A stretch of DNA of 64,000 nt from Lingula anatina (taxonomy: Eukaryota > Animalia > Brachiopoda), in contig CM120649.1 of assembly GCA_051362555.1 (NCBI GenBank), forward strand, positions 7,130,001 through 7,194,000, given 5' to 3'. Positions 27,494 to 39,400 of this stretch are shown piece after piece. The first letter of the stretch is position 1, and each line of letters opens with the position of its first letter. Under the pieces are notes generated by a model. The model saw only the letters and a program-made list of their open reading frames with translations, was not told the DNA's origin and searched no databases. The position numbers were made by a program, and so were the translations under genes.

Positions 27494-28643
27494 TTAGACT
27501 TGGTGAACACTTTGATAGATACTGAAAGTACGGAGGACCTCCACTACAAGAAATATGCAGACCATCCAATCATCTTTGCTGGTCCGAATTAATAATATAT
27601 TTTGTTTCCTTTAGTCTTTGTTTACATGTGATTTATTATTATGAATAGTATTTTTATACATGTATAAACCTTGCTAGTCCAGGGGACCTGTGATATTAAA
27701 AATATTGCGGGTCCTCTGGCATTTCAAGTGGTCTTGACCTGTCGGACAGGCAGTTAAGACATACTGCACTGAATAACGACTTATACCGCTGATACACATC
27801 TGAAATCATTTGCTGACGGAGCGTGTAAAATTGATATATACATGTACATGTATGATCATTAGATAAAGCATTTGAAACGTGAAAATTAAAATGATCAATT
27901 AAAAGAAAACACATTAAAAAATCAAATGAAATATTAGTCAAACCGAGAAATAGCTTAAGGGCAATAACTCGTTAAAAACATCTTTCTGTCTTTAAATGCA
28001 ACGAATGCCAAATATCGTTTTATATTACCTGTATTGCCTGCGAATGTGCAATGTGCCTATCCGTTTCCATGTCGCTCTACTTAATTGCTAATAAATATTT
28101 AATTTTTTACACGGGTCTGGCCTGTTTGAAATGAACAATTTATTCAAAAATGAATATTATGCGATTTTTTGTTAGCTGTAGGGTATTTCAAAATGATGAA
28201 TATCATCATATTTTTTTTGCTATTTATATCCCATCATGCCGAACCACACCCTCTCTACATCTCGCTCTTTCTCTCCATCTACCGATTTAAAATGTTTAGG
28301 TCATAGTTTGCGCATAGACAGACACAGCAGAGGTTCGTCTTATTTGTGAAAAGAAAAATGTTTCTAATATTGAAGATGAATAACATTTTAATTTACTTGT
28401 ACGGTTTATGTAGATATAAGGGCAAAATATTTACCATTGGTTCATCCCACAAAGGTATGCTGTATATATTAATGATCTCAGATATTGCACAATTAAAGGG
28501 ATAACAACTCTTGTTTCACAATAAATACATCGTAAACAACTCATAGAATTATAATCAATTCTATTTTACTACAAAACGCCGGTTTTAACTATTATTCTGG
28601 AATCTGTGCTTGCCATATACCACGTGACACCCCCCCCCCAAAA

Positions 28644-28674
<31 letters not shown>

Positions 28675-29041
28675 GTAAATAAATAAATAAATAAATAAAT
28701 AAAAATAAAAATGAAAATAAACAGGGACTAACTTAAAAGGTACAATTTATGTAAAGTGTAAAAATTGTTGTAAAAGGGGGAATGCCTGTACGTAGAAGAT
28801 TTCGGGGGTCGGACACACATCCCCAATAAAAAAATCAAACTCTGAAAGGCGTCTAAATGTCACAAACACGTTCTGGTGCACGTGATTAAATCAAAATTGG
28901 GTGAACTATTAATGAACGTGCATTTAAGTTTGGCAGTGCTTTTGATTTCTAAAAGACAAAAATACACTATTCGATGTCATTATCTTATTCGGACCATTTC
29001 AATACGAAAAAAAATGCTGGAAACACTGCTGACTCCCTTGA

Positions 29042-31428
29042 CTAAAGCCAATTTAGGGTATAATTAAACAGGCGTGCATCGAGGTCGTAATGCCGCCATA
29101 GTTTTCTGATATCTGTGCGGTTGACACTGGTAAAATACTTCTTCCAGATTTCTGTGGAATGCTGCCGGCCCTCGGATGTTGGGAACTCGAATATGTCCGC
29201 GACCCCTAGGAGCTCCAGCATCATTTTGACGTCACGACTCAGTGTTTCCCACCTAATGATGACGTCATAATGAACCTCACACGGACTGCACAATCGATTA
29301 TAATTTTCAAAATGGCCGTCATAGTCTTTTTTCGGGTCTAGAGATGAAATATATTTCACAAAGGCCGGAAACGAAACTCCCTCTTTTCCTGCCAGCATTC
29401 CAGGAGATGGGTTGACCTCGAACATTTTTGCAATCTTTTTGGCAGTTTGGGGATATACAACGTCATTAGTGACACCCTCAACCTTGTCTCTGTAGGCTGA
29501 TACAAGTCGTTCTAGTGGGTGGCGCACTATGATGACTTTTAAGTATCTTTTTAGTCGAAACTGAACACCAAACGATGAAAAATGCTCCAATCTTGGTAGA
29601 TATTTCCTGTAACTGGTGACTAAACCTCCACGATTATCGCCAAATTTAAAGTAATTCTCCTTATCTATATTGCCAGTCAAAGCATAGAGCAGGCGTTTGG
29701 AGCTTGTACAACCGACTTTAGGCATTGCACACAAAATCAAGCGGTGTCTGTCGTCAACGTACATCACGTGACTAAGCGGCCCTTTATTTGCAGTGCTGCC
29801 GTCTAGCGATCTATTTGTCTTTTGGCACGTGGCTTCCATATGATTAACTCGGCGTTTCATTTCTTCTCGCCAGGAGTCAGGAACGCTGGACCAACTGAAA
29901 TGCTAGGGAATAATGTGTGAATTATTTAATTGCATTCATATGAAGATCAGTATGGGATATTTTTTCCGAAGCATTGTCTTTGAATTTTTCCTACTTTTTT
30001 TCCGATTTAAAATGAAAACAAGGGTTTAAGTCTTTTTTCAGTAATCAATCTTTGAAGTGTAAATGTGACATCAGTTCTTTAAATGAATTCATTTTATTAA
30101 GCAAACAAAAATGCATGGCTGATTCTAATTCATACCACAACCATTAAAAGCATTATTCCATATTTGCAAAATTATCATCTGTGAAAGAGTTATACGCCTC
30201 ACAAAGGACGATCATATCAGTGTCTAGTCACAGCAAGGGTCAATGGTGCGTCTGGCCTCATCTGGCTGCTACTAGGGCTCTAAATCGGCGAAGTATTGCT
30301 TCTGACAAGATTTTTTGAAGTTTGAACTGGAATCATATTCAAGAAATTGATTGGGGCTGAATATCCTTGTATTTTCAGGTTTAGGTTTCTATAGATGACT
30401 ACTACTGGGGTTTGGCACCAACGTGAATTCCGCCCCAAATACAGATGCTACCACCGGTTGTATTTGTTTCTCTGTAGCAGCAAAACTGTACGAAGAATGG
30501 ATTCTGTTTCCCTATGGTAAGTTCTGGATGCCTTGGGCTTGGCCTCTGTGTAGGTACACTGGACTGGGCGTACCTCTGTAAGACTGTGCGGAGCGTTCCT
30601 TGTAACAGAAATATCTGTCTGGCAATGCCTATCTGTTTTGCACCATTCTGGCGCATATCAACAATGCTGTATCACACAGCTTCACTCAGTTTTCGTACCG
30701 TTACATCCGCTGGTTGTATGCAAAATCCTTTGCCGAAATATTGAGACTTTTTTGGCTGAACCATGATCTGCCATAGTCATATTTAACACCAAAGAAACCA
30801 ACACTCGTTACGTAAGGCAGCCGTGCTTCAGACAAGGTAGTCAGTTAATTGATATTGGTATAGCTGCCTATACAGATATATGTTTTCATAATTCACAAGT
30901 TTTAGAAATAAATTACACAGTTTTACCTTAACACATCTATGACACTATAATATTCCATATTAAATATCAAGTCTGTTTAATGACAAAACTGTTGTGCTTC
31001 AGCGGTTTCCCACAAATCAAGGTGCGTTTCTCATCAGCTGCTTCACTCCTTTAAAAATTCATTTTGCAGAAACCAAGTGAACATTCGATATAGTTAAAGA
31101 TACAGTGATCATAAAAACTATATAAAACTACCTGACATTTAAGCCTTGGAGCTAACTGGACGCTACAAGAAACATTTTCTCTAATACAATGTGTTCACAC
31201 ATGTTGTATCTGATTAAAACCCACCTGTCGTCTAAGTCTCGTATTTTCCTTACTCCCAAGTGACACTGTAAACAATAGATAATAAATCGTATGGAATATA
31301 ACGCATGAAAATCATCCAAATCATACGATCTTTTACTTCCATTAGAAATAAGAACCAATTTATTGTTTTAGCTTCTACAGTATGCACACTTACTATTTAT
31401 ATTCCATTTAATAAGGTCCAAATATTAC

Positions 31429-31466
<38 letters not shown>

Positions 31467-31600
31467 AAGAGAGAGAGAGGTTGAGGGGTTCACGTACCTG
31501 TTGGTATAAACCATGGAACCATAACATAGCTAATCACGACAAGGAGACACAACAACGTGAGAAATCTAGAGTAGAGTGGGAACTTGCATTTTGACCTCAT
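29042..31600 (-). CDS. Carbohydrate sulfotransferase (CHST11-like), copy B, ~334 aa
   Basis: Exons 31600-31498, 31265-31225, 29902-29042, phases 1 and 0. Same PAPS-binding motifs as copy A and a very similar protein. Confidence 0.9.
30190..30780 (-). mobile_element. Heavily decayed Tc1-like transposase relic in the copy B intron
   Basis: Fragments GAKQIGIARQIFLLQGTLRTVLQRY (HTH-like) and GGSICIWGGI (Tc1 GGxxxVWG motif). The segment is absent from the paralogous copy A intron. TIRs not identified. Confidence 0.55.
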
Positions 31601-32879
31601 CTTCCTATAAAAATTACTGAATCCGAGGATCTGATCTTTCAATTCACCACGTCTTACACCAAACACGTTGCCTGTCTTCAGTTTCAGGTTGGTTAATGAA
31701 ACGTAGAGAAACGAAGAGAAAATCTGCGTAATGAGTAGAGTCAGCAATTCCATATTACGATCAACTTGTTAAGTTCAGTACTCCATAAGGCTTACCAGAC
31801 TGAATAATCTCTTATTCAGCTAATATAAATCTGAGATGGTTTGCTGACGGACCCCGTGAAATTGAAATATAAAATCATCAAGATTAAGCGTTTGAAACGT
31901 GAAAATTAAAATGATCAATTATAAGTAAAAATTAAAATGAAACAGAAGTTAAATCGAGTACTACATGTGGCTAAAGGGTAATAATTCTTTATAACCCGCT
32001 TACTGTCTTTCAATGCAATGGATTCCAAATACCGTTTTGTATGTGCTATATCGTTTTAATAATACCTGTATGGCCTGCGAATGTGCAAAGTACCCCGCCG
32101 TTTCCACGTCGCTCTGCCGAATGGGTATTAAATATTTCAGTTTTTAATACGGGTCTTGTCGGTTTGACGTTAATAATTCATTCAAAAATGAATATGATGC
32201 ATTTTTTTATATGCTGTAAGGTATTTCAGGATGATAAATCATAACATTTTTTTTGCTATTTATATCCCATCTTGACGACCCATACACTCTCTACATCTAC
32301 CGCTTTAAAGTGTTTAAATCATGGTTTACTACGAAAACGCCGATTATAGCAATTATTCTGGAATCTTTGCTTGCCATTGGACCACGTGACCTCCACAGAT
32401 GGCCACCCTCTGTGAGCCTCTTAAGAGATAAGTATAAAAAATTATATTTAGAAAAAAAAAAGAGACTTATTTAGAATGAAGGAATAGATTTATTCACCAT
32501 TGGTAACAATGGAAAAGTCGGCGTTAACCCCAGGAAAATCTGTTTTTTGGCCAAAACGATCAGGGCTCGGAATCTCGAAAGGTTCGCTGTGTTGCGCACA
32601 CGCTCTAGCATGGCTAGCGTGCGCTATCCCGTATCTCGAAAGATTCGCTATTTTGAGCGCCTGCGCTAGCATGGCTAGCGTGCGCTATCCCGAATCTCGA
32701 AAGCTTCGCAAATCCCGGCCGTGCGCTAATGTCCAAATCACCATTAGTTTCGAGGCTATTATTTGCGGCGATACAAACAAGACGCAACTGTTTTTACGCA
32801 TGCGTTCTTGGTCATTATATTGAAATTGTCATAGCGGCTAGTTTTGTTGTTGTAAGAGAAAAATGCCAGGAAAATGCTA

Positions 32880-33066
32880 AAAGAAGGTGTGTGAGACGTA
32901 TAGATCCTATGGTAGAGTTCCAACCCCATATTTTTCATCAGAGATACCGCATGACGCAGGAGAATGTGCTCAAACTGACCAATATTATTGAAGAACCTCT
33001 GAAAAGACCGACTACGAGGTCTCGAGCACTGTCACCCACTACCCAAGTTCTTGCTGCTTTACGTGT
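32880..33066 (+). pseudogene. Harbinger (HARBI1-like) transposase N-terminal fragment
   Basis: FHQRYRMTQENVLKLTNIIEEPLKRPTTRSRALSPTTQVLAALR matches the HARBI1-type N-terminal HTH region. No DDE core follows. Confidence 0.75.
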
Positions 33067-34119
33067 AGGGCCTACTTGCATAGGATCTCTGAGTCTCACA
33101 CACACTTCCATATTCTCCTGGTATTTTTCTCTAACTCTCAGTTGGATCATTTATGAATCATTGTGGGATGAATAAGGATTATTTTTTCATTAAATAAAAG
33201 TAAATAAAATAATGAAAACTGATTTTCTCTTTAAAATTAATGTTAGATTTTATTATATTTTGCATATATTTTGCATATAATATTAATAACTGAAATTTAA
33301 AATAAGTGTACAAAATGACAAAGGTGTACAAATTTGATTTAATATAACAGCTAGTTTTCATGCAGGAAATTTAATAACAATTTCCAGGAATCAAAAAGAC
33401 TGATACTTTAAGTCAATTACTTTTGAAGTACACTTTCAATGCAAATAGGGCAAAATAAAATCACTTTTAAGTTTATGTAAGAAACAAAACAGACGGTCAA
33501 GTTATATTTTACATAATTTTTTTTTATTTTATGAAACAATAACATGATGAAACTATAAAATAAAATATAAAAATAATTTTATAAACAATTTCCTAAATGT
33601 ATATTCTTGTTTAAATTAAAGTTAATAAGTACAATATAAAAATAACAAGGACAAAAGCACATGAAAACTATCCCTTATAAAAGATTTGTAACAAATTCCA
33701 GTTCTTTGCTGAGGTCATAAACTTAGTTTAAAATACAGTACTGAATGATCAAACTGATGCACATATTGGAAATTACTGAATGAAAAATACTCACCTTGAA
33801 AATGCTAATATGTGAAAAAATTAATATTTCACACATTCACAGACAAAAAAATTAATAAATAAAAATAATAATTTACCAAAATTAATTTGCTCTGGATGGT
33901 TTTGAAACAAAATATTTTAATAATTTGGAACGCTCCTTATGAAAGTTTGACAATTCCCTTGCAATGTGTCATTTGAATTGCATACAGTAATATGGTCCAA
34001 TCCAAGTGATACTTAAAACAGCTAGTATGTGTCTTGGCAAAAACCTAAAATATCATGATCCCAATAAGATGCACTCACTGGTAAGTATCTACAAGAGACT
34101 CACACTTCAGTACATCCAA

Positions 34120-35347
34120 CTTCACTTCACAGTATTCTGTTATTTTTTCAAATACCACTTTGTTACTTTTGTCAATTTCTAATCTCTCCCTTTCTTACTG
34201 TAAACGCACTTTTTCTACTTTCAACCTCTCCTCCTCTAATGCTAAGCAATCCTTCTCTAGGTTGTAGAACCTTTCACTTACATCTGAAATTTGAAGATGT
34301 ATGTAATTATAATAATTAAATATAAAATGATACAATAAGAACTCAATCTTTTCAATATTCTGAATTTTACAGATACTGTACTTTTAAATCACTGTGATAA
34401 TTTTTCATAAATGAACATATTCCTGTTCAGTTGCAGCAACAGAAATGAAAAGCCGACTATGCGACAATGTTGAACACTTTCATAAGCTATATGTTTGAAA
34501 TTACCAATTAAGTTTTTTTTTGTTCATAAGTATAGAAATCAGTATAAATATATAGAGATATATGTATGTATAAAATATGCCTCCTGGTGACTGGACATTC
34601 CAATGGTACGTATGTCTGTGAAACTCAGTGTTGAAGTATTCATATTAAACAGAGTCTAAGTTAATTACTCTACTTCATATCATCTTGAGGTTCTTTAAGC
34701 AATTAAATATAAAACGAAGTTAGCCATTATGCAATTTAATATACAAATTCATTTTTAATAATAACAAAATAACACCTTCTTCTCCCACTCTGACAGACTG
34801 GGCCCCACACCATCACCTGTCTGCCGCACTGCCACACTGCTGCACGGCGTTTGGCCTCTTTGCGCTTAGTGCGAGACGTGAGGTCATGCCATTTTTTCCT
34901 GACCTCTCGGAAACTCCTCTTTATATGTGAAACACTAAAAACTCTAGAAGGAAAGCATTCATAATTTTAATTAAAAAAATATAAGAATCACCACTTTATT
35001 GCTTCATCATACATGTACATGACCATGTCAAGATGTGTTAATAGAGAGCAATTATAATTACTTTTATTGAATAACTACAACAACATACCAAACGAAATCA
35101 TCAATAAGCAATAATTAAATATAATGGATATAATTTCACCTTGGCAAAACAGACTACGATTCACAGAAGAGGACTGTTAATCATAATTTTCAACTTACTT
35201 TTCGGCAACTTCAGCTCATTGTTTTTCTTTGTTTTAAGAGTCACGGTGTTGGTGAAGGGGCTAAATAGTGTAGGTCTACACGAGACCTCCTCCACCAACA
35301 CCGCGAGCTCATCGGTTTTATAAACGCTCCCTACTGTGTTTCTCCAT
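34120..35347 (-). pseudogene. Harbinger Myb/SANT-like DNA-binding protein, disrupted and spliced
   Basis: Fragments DELAVLVEEV...LFSPFTNTVTLKTKK (~35320-35225), RSFREVRKKWHDLTSRTKRKEAKRR (~34920-34845) and a C-terminal coiled coil LEKDCLALEEERLKVEKVRL (~34260-34200). Frameshift/stop near the start. Confidence 0.7.
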
Positions 35348-35820
35348 TTCACGTGCGATTTACTATCGTCCCTCCAGATAGCAGGTGGGTGCAATCGCAC
35401 TAGCAAATAGCGCACGCTAGCTATGCTAGAGCGCGTGCGCAACATAGCGATCCTTTCGAGATTCCGAGCCCAGTTGTTATCCCTTTAGATACAAATAGCA
35501 ACTGAATGCCACGACATTGTGGTTTGGGGTAATTAACGAAGTTATAAGTTCAGTTAGATCAATGAAAAGGTATAAATTGAACCAGGCATCAAACGAACAT
35601 GCATCTGTAAGTACAATTATTGTATGAAGTGTAAAAACCGTTGCTCAAGTAGGAAACTCGTGCATAGCAGATTTCCGGGGTTGGGGACACATTCCCAAAT
35701 AAAAAGATTAAACTTTGAAAGGAGTAAATACGTTCAGGTGTACGTGATTTCAACAAAAATGGGTGAAAATATTAATGGGCGTGCAATCATGTTTGGCAGT
35801 GCTTTTGACTTCTAAAAGGC

Positions 35821-35980
35821 AACGAGGCAGCAAAGCTGTCAAATGTACAGACAAAAAGCAGAAAATAATGATGCACATGATAGGTTATTTTGTCAGTTTT
35901 GAAGAAATTCAACATACAGCTAAACAACAAAATAAACACCAAATTTTAATTATGCACAACCATTTAACCATTGGTAAGTA
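35821..35980 (-). mobile_element. 3' terminal fragment of the HINE family found at 42743-47199
   Basis: ggcagcaaagctgtcaaatgtacagacaaaaa is the reverse complement of 47162-47194. Similarity continues for ~150 bp. Confidence 0.75.
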
Positions 35981-36475
35981 TGGGGAAACTGTTGTTTAAC
36001 CCTGGAGAATGCATTTTTTGACAAAATGAACTGCTTCTATTTCTCTTCTGGCTGATTACATGTATTTCATGCTCTTAAAATAAGAAAAGATATAACAGGC
36101 CATTTATAACTTAGGCCATTGTTCATTATATTTTTGTATACTTTACCATGGGTACTAGTACTACTGTTATATAAACATTGTAATTTGGTTACTATGGGTC
36201 AGATGCCTAAAATTCCTGAATCAGGTGACAAAATTTAATCTTAACTTCTCAAATGACAATAAATTTCACATAATATTACAATATATATTAAAATTTTATT
36301 ACAGTCATGCTGTGTTTTTTAACTGACAATTCCAGAATGAAGTCTAGGGAAGAGTGATCTTTCAAGCAAGAAGATAACATTTTCATTTAGGAGGGGGCAA
36401 TTTATCCTAAAATTAATAAATAATCCTGAATAAGTGAATCCACTGAGTTTAAAACAAGTAAAACCCATACAGACA

Positions 36476-39400
36476 TCAAAAGATTTTTGAAAACCACTTC
36501 TGATAAAATGTGTTCTCTTCAACTTTCTTTCTCCTCTCAGTCCCATAAGTCATAGCATACACTGAGGGTCCTGGACGTAAAATTTGGGCACTACCGAGGC
36601 ACTCCTCTCCCTTGTAAAATGCCACATGCTGACCTGGAGTAATTCCCTTCACTGAGTCGGGACACGAAACTATCAAATAGTCATGCCCACAATAAGAGTT
36701 TGATGAAGCTAGAGTCATGGTACATTTTCGTAATTGTCCGCCATGATTCTGCTGGTACTCGCAGTCTAGCATTTCCGTCTCGACGAGCTTGAAGGGAATC
36801 TCGTGAATCCAGTGTGGAAGACGTGTGAAAAATGTCTGTGCAAATAATGCTGGATGGTCCTGGTTTGAGACCTGGTAATGATAATTAATAAGTATTATTG
36901 TTAGGAGACCTGGTAATGGTATTGAATGAATTTAACACCTATTGAAACTGAAATGCCAATTTCATGTAAATGCCCTTTGAACAGGGAGCAAAATGTTATC
37001 TAATGTGGTTAATCTTACAACAGTCCAAATGTATTTTTCAGTCATGCCGGTAGTTGCTAAAATAAAACATAATACATAATACATAATACACCTAATACAC
37101 AGTTTACAAAATGATTCAGCATCATTTTTTCTTTCTTTTCAATTATTAAATTTAACAATACTGAAATTAAGAAATCTTACAAATAAACTCTACATCACAA
37201 ACAGTATTTTCTAAGCAGATGTATGAGGAAAGAAATTAAGGGCAAATATCAGTAACAAACCAAGTGACTTACCACCATGATATCACAGGTGTTAGAATCT
37301 ACATCAGTTAACACTTCAGCTACGTACATCTCCTCCTTGTGTCCTTGAATGTGAACTTGTTGACCTACAGTCCAGGAAACAGCACCTAGAAAACAATAAG
37401 TTCGTCTTAGGGATGGCCATTGACTAAGAACACCTGGTTATACTGCTTAGTATTGTCCCTGCACCATTACTCCCCTGTGCATTGATACTCACCACTGGTT
37501 CAGATGAGACATACAAAAAGCATTTCGTAACTTAACTTTATTGAGAATATTGCTATCCTAAAATGACAAATGTTTTTAATCATCATTTGAAAACAAAAGT
37601 AAAAAACCTATAAGACTAAACTCCTCACTTTCTACAGTAAATTGGAGGAGCTGTTATACCTTGGGAGTGACTGAAAGCTTTGCAAGGTATAGCTTTAAGT
37701 TAGTAAAGAAAGTGGAAAGTTTTGTCTTACAAGCATTACCAACAGAAGCTATCAGGGGGCAGAGAGTTTGATGTGAGAGGCTATAAGATGTGAGAAGCCA
37801 CTTTCAGAAGGATGAGGTTGTAATGGAGGTGAAAGAGTACCACTTGCCTCATTACTTTGTGAACAAGTCTATAACTGATCATCAGTGATGTGAACACACT
37901 TATAAGCACATATTATAGATGTTAAAATGCGTTAGATGTGAGAGGCTATCAAGGACAGTGTGTTAGGTGTTAGAGGCTATCAAGGACAGTGTGTTAGGTG
38001 TTAGAGGCTATCAAGGACAGTGTGTTAGGTGTTAGAGGCTATCAAGGACATTGTGTTAGGTGTAACAAAATATAAGCTGAACTTGGAAGCGTGTTAGGTG
38101 TGAAAGAAATTTGGAAGCAGTATACATACTAACCGTGACAGAGCCATAACTCTAGCCACTCTCCCTGCTAATGTGGTTCATATCATGATTAAAACAAAGC
38201 AATTAATCAGCAATTAAACTTTACCATCATGTTCCCCAACTGTCTGACTTGTTTCCAGATCCACATATCTCCCTGGCTTGGGCAATTTATGCTAATTTGA
38301 AAATAAAGAAAAAGAAAGCTGATGTTACTAGAGAGAAATATGGTTCCATGTACTGACATGATCTTTGGTTGTAAAAAAAGATGGAAGAATTGACTTCATT
38401 GCTTTTAGAAAGGTGCTTTGGGGGCTGCTTAAACTTTCTTGAAACTGCCAAGAAAAAAAAAGCAGATTTCCAATTTAAAATAAATCAGAAAAAAAATCAT
38501 GTCTGTACCCTTGTATGTAACTGATGAAAAACCAAGACTTAAATTGACACAGAACTTAGTATTGTGACCATACAGTCAAAATAGACCTATTTATAATTAT
38601 AATATGTTTTTCTTCAATGTGTTAATGAAAATACAATTCAGCTTTATTACAAATTGAAAATTTATGCTTCATTGTAAATAAAATCTGAAATTGTGGCATT
38701 AAACTGGCATGTTAAGACACTAAATTGACTTGCAGGTTGCATATTTACAGTAACTTGCATTTTGAAAAAGACTGAAAAAAAATCAAAATTCCATATTTTC
38801 AAGTTAATGATGCTGTCACTGAGGGAAACAAAATTTATTCTATTACTAACCTCTGTCACAAATCTTTGGAAACTGCTTCTCCCATAGGAACACAAAGAGG
38901 AATCCTACCATAACAAATAACTATAATATTAAAATTACAGTGAACCTGAATAAGTATATAGCTCTTATTGGTTTTCATAAACAATGCAAATCTTTATCCG
39001 TTAACACAAGCGAATTTTTTCTATGACGAAACATGACAGCCCAATGAATAGACAGACAGACAGACAGTGAAATACTAGTAAAACTGTAACAGATAGTAGC
39101 CAACAAAGCATAAAAATCATTCAAACTGGAATTTGAAAGATGTTAAAGTTTACATGAATAAACCCTAGGTAGTCATAAAACAGAAAACAAGGAAAATATT
39201 GTTATTCCTATTCAATTATAAATCCTTTCAAAATTTTTTTTAATAACAGATGTCAAGCAATAAATGTACTTTCTGCATTTAATCAGTCTGTGCCAAAAAT
39301 TTTGAGCCAACTGCCTCTTTAGGCCACCAAGCTTATGATTCTGTTGACCTAAACCAGAACACTAAGTAGTAACTTAACAGATCTTCAAAACTTTTGTGTA

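Larger units (their letters stand above)
32564..35470. mobile_element. PIF/Harbinger transposon, internally deleted (truncated transposase on +, Myb/SANT-like gene on -)
   Basis: Long TIR ggctcggaatctcgaaagg.tcgct.tgttgcgcac and 3-bp TSD CAG (32561-63, 35471-73). The paralogous empty site is at ~24699. Confidence 0.93.
24450..35820. repeat. Tandem segmental duplication with a ~4 kb unit: two full units carrying the sulfotransferase, plus a gene-less partial third unit
   Basis: 24450-25150 ~ 28510-29040 ~ 32340-32563 + 35471-35820. Coding exons and introns are paralogous. Upstream flanks 27800-28300 ~ 31840-32330. Confidence 0.85.

Noticed and set aside
31601-31753. In-frame upstream extension of sulfotransferase copy B (MELLTLL...)
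   Set aside because: A TTTTATAG acceptor lies just before the conserved ATG in both copies, and copy A has indels here, so this is likely intron or UTR.
36866-36918. Duplicated acceptor gagacctggtaatg 38 nt upstream of the last TRMU exon
   Set aside because: Using it would give an immediate stop (GTC TCC TAA). Most likely a neutral micro-duplication.
37927-38065. 31-bp repeats resembling a CRISPR array
   Set aside because: Head-to-tail units with no unique spacers, in a eukaryotic intron, with no cas genes.
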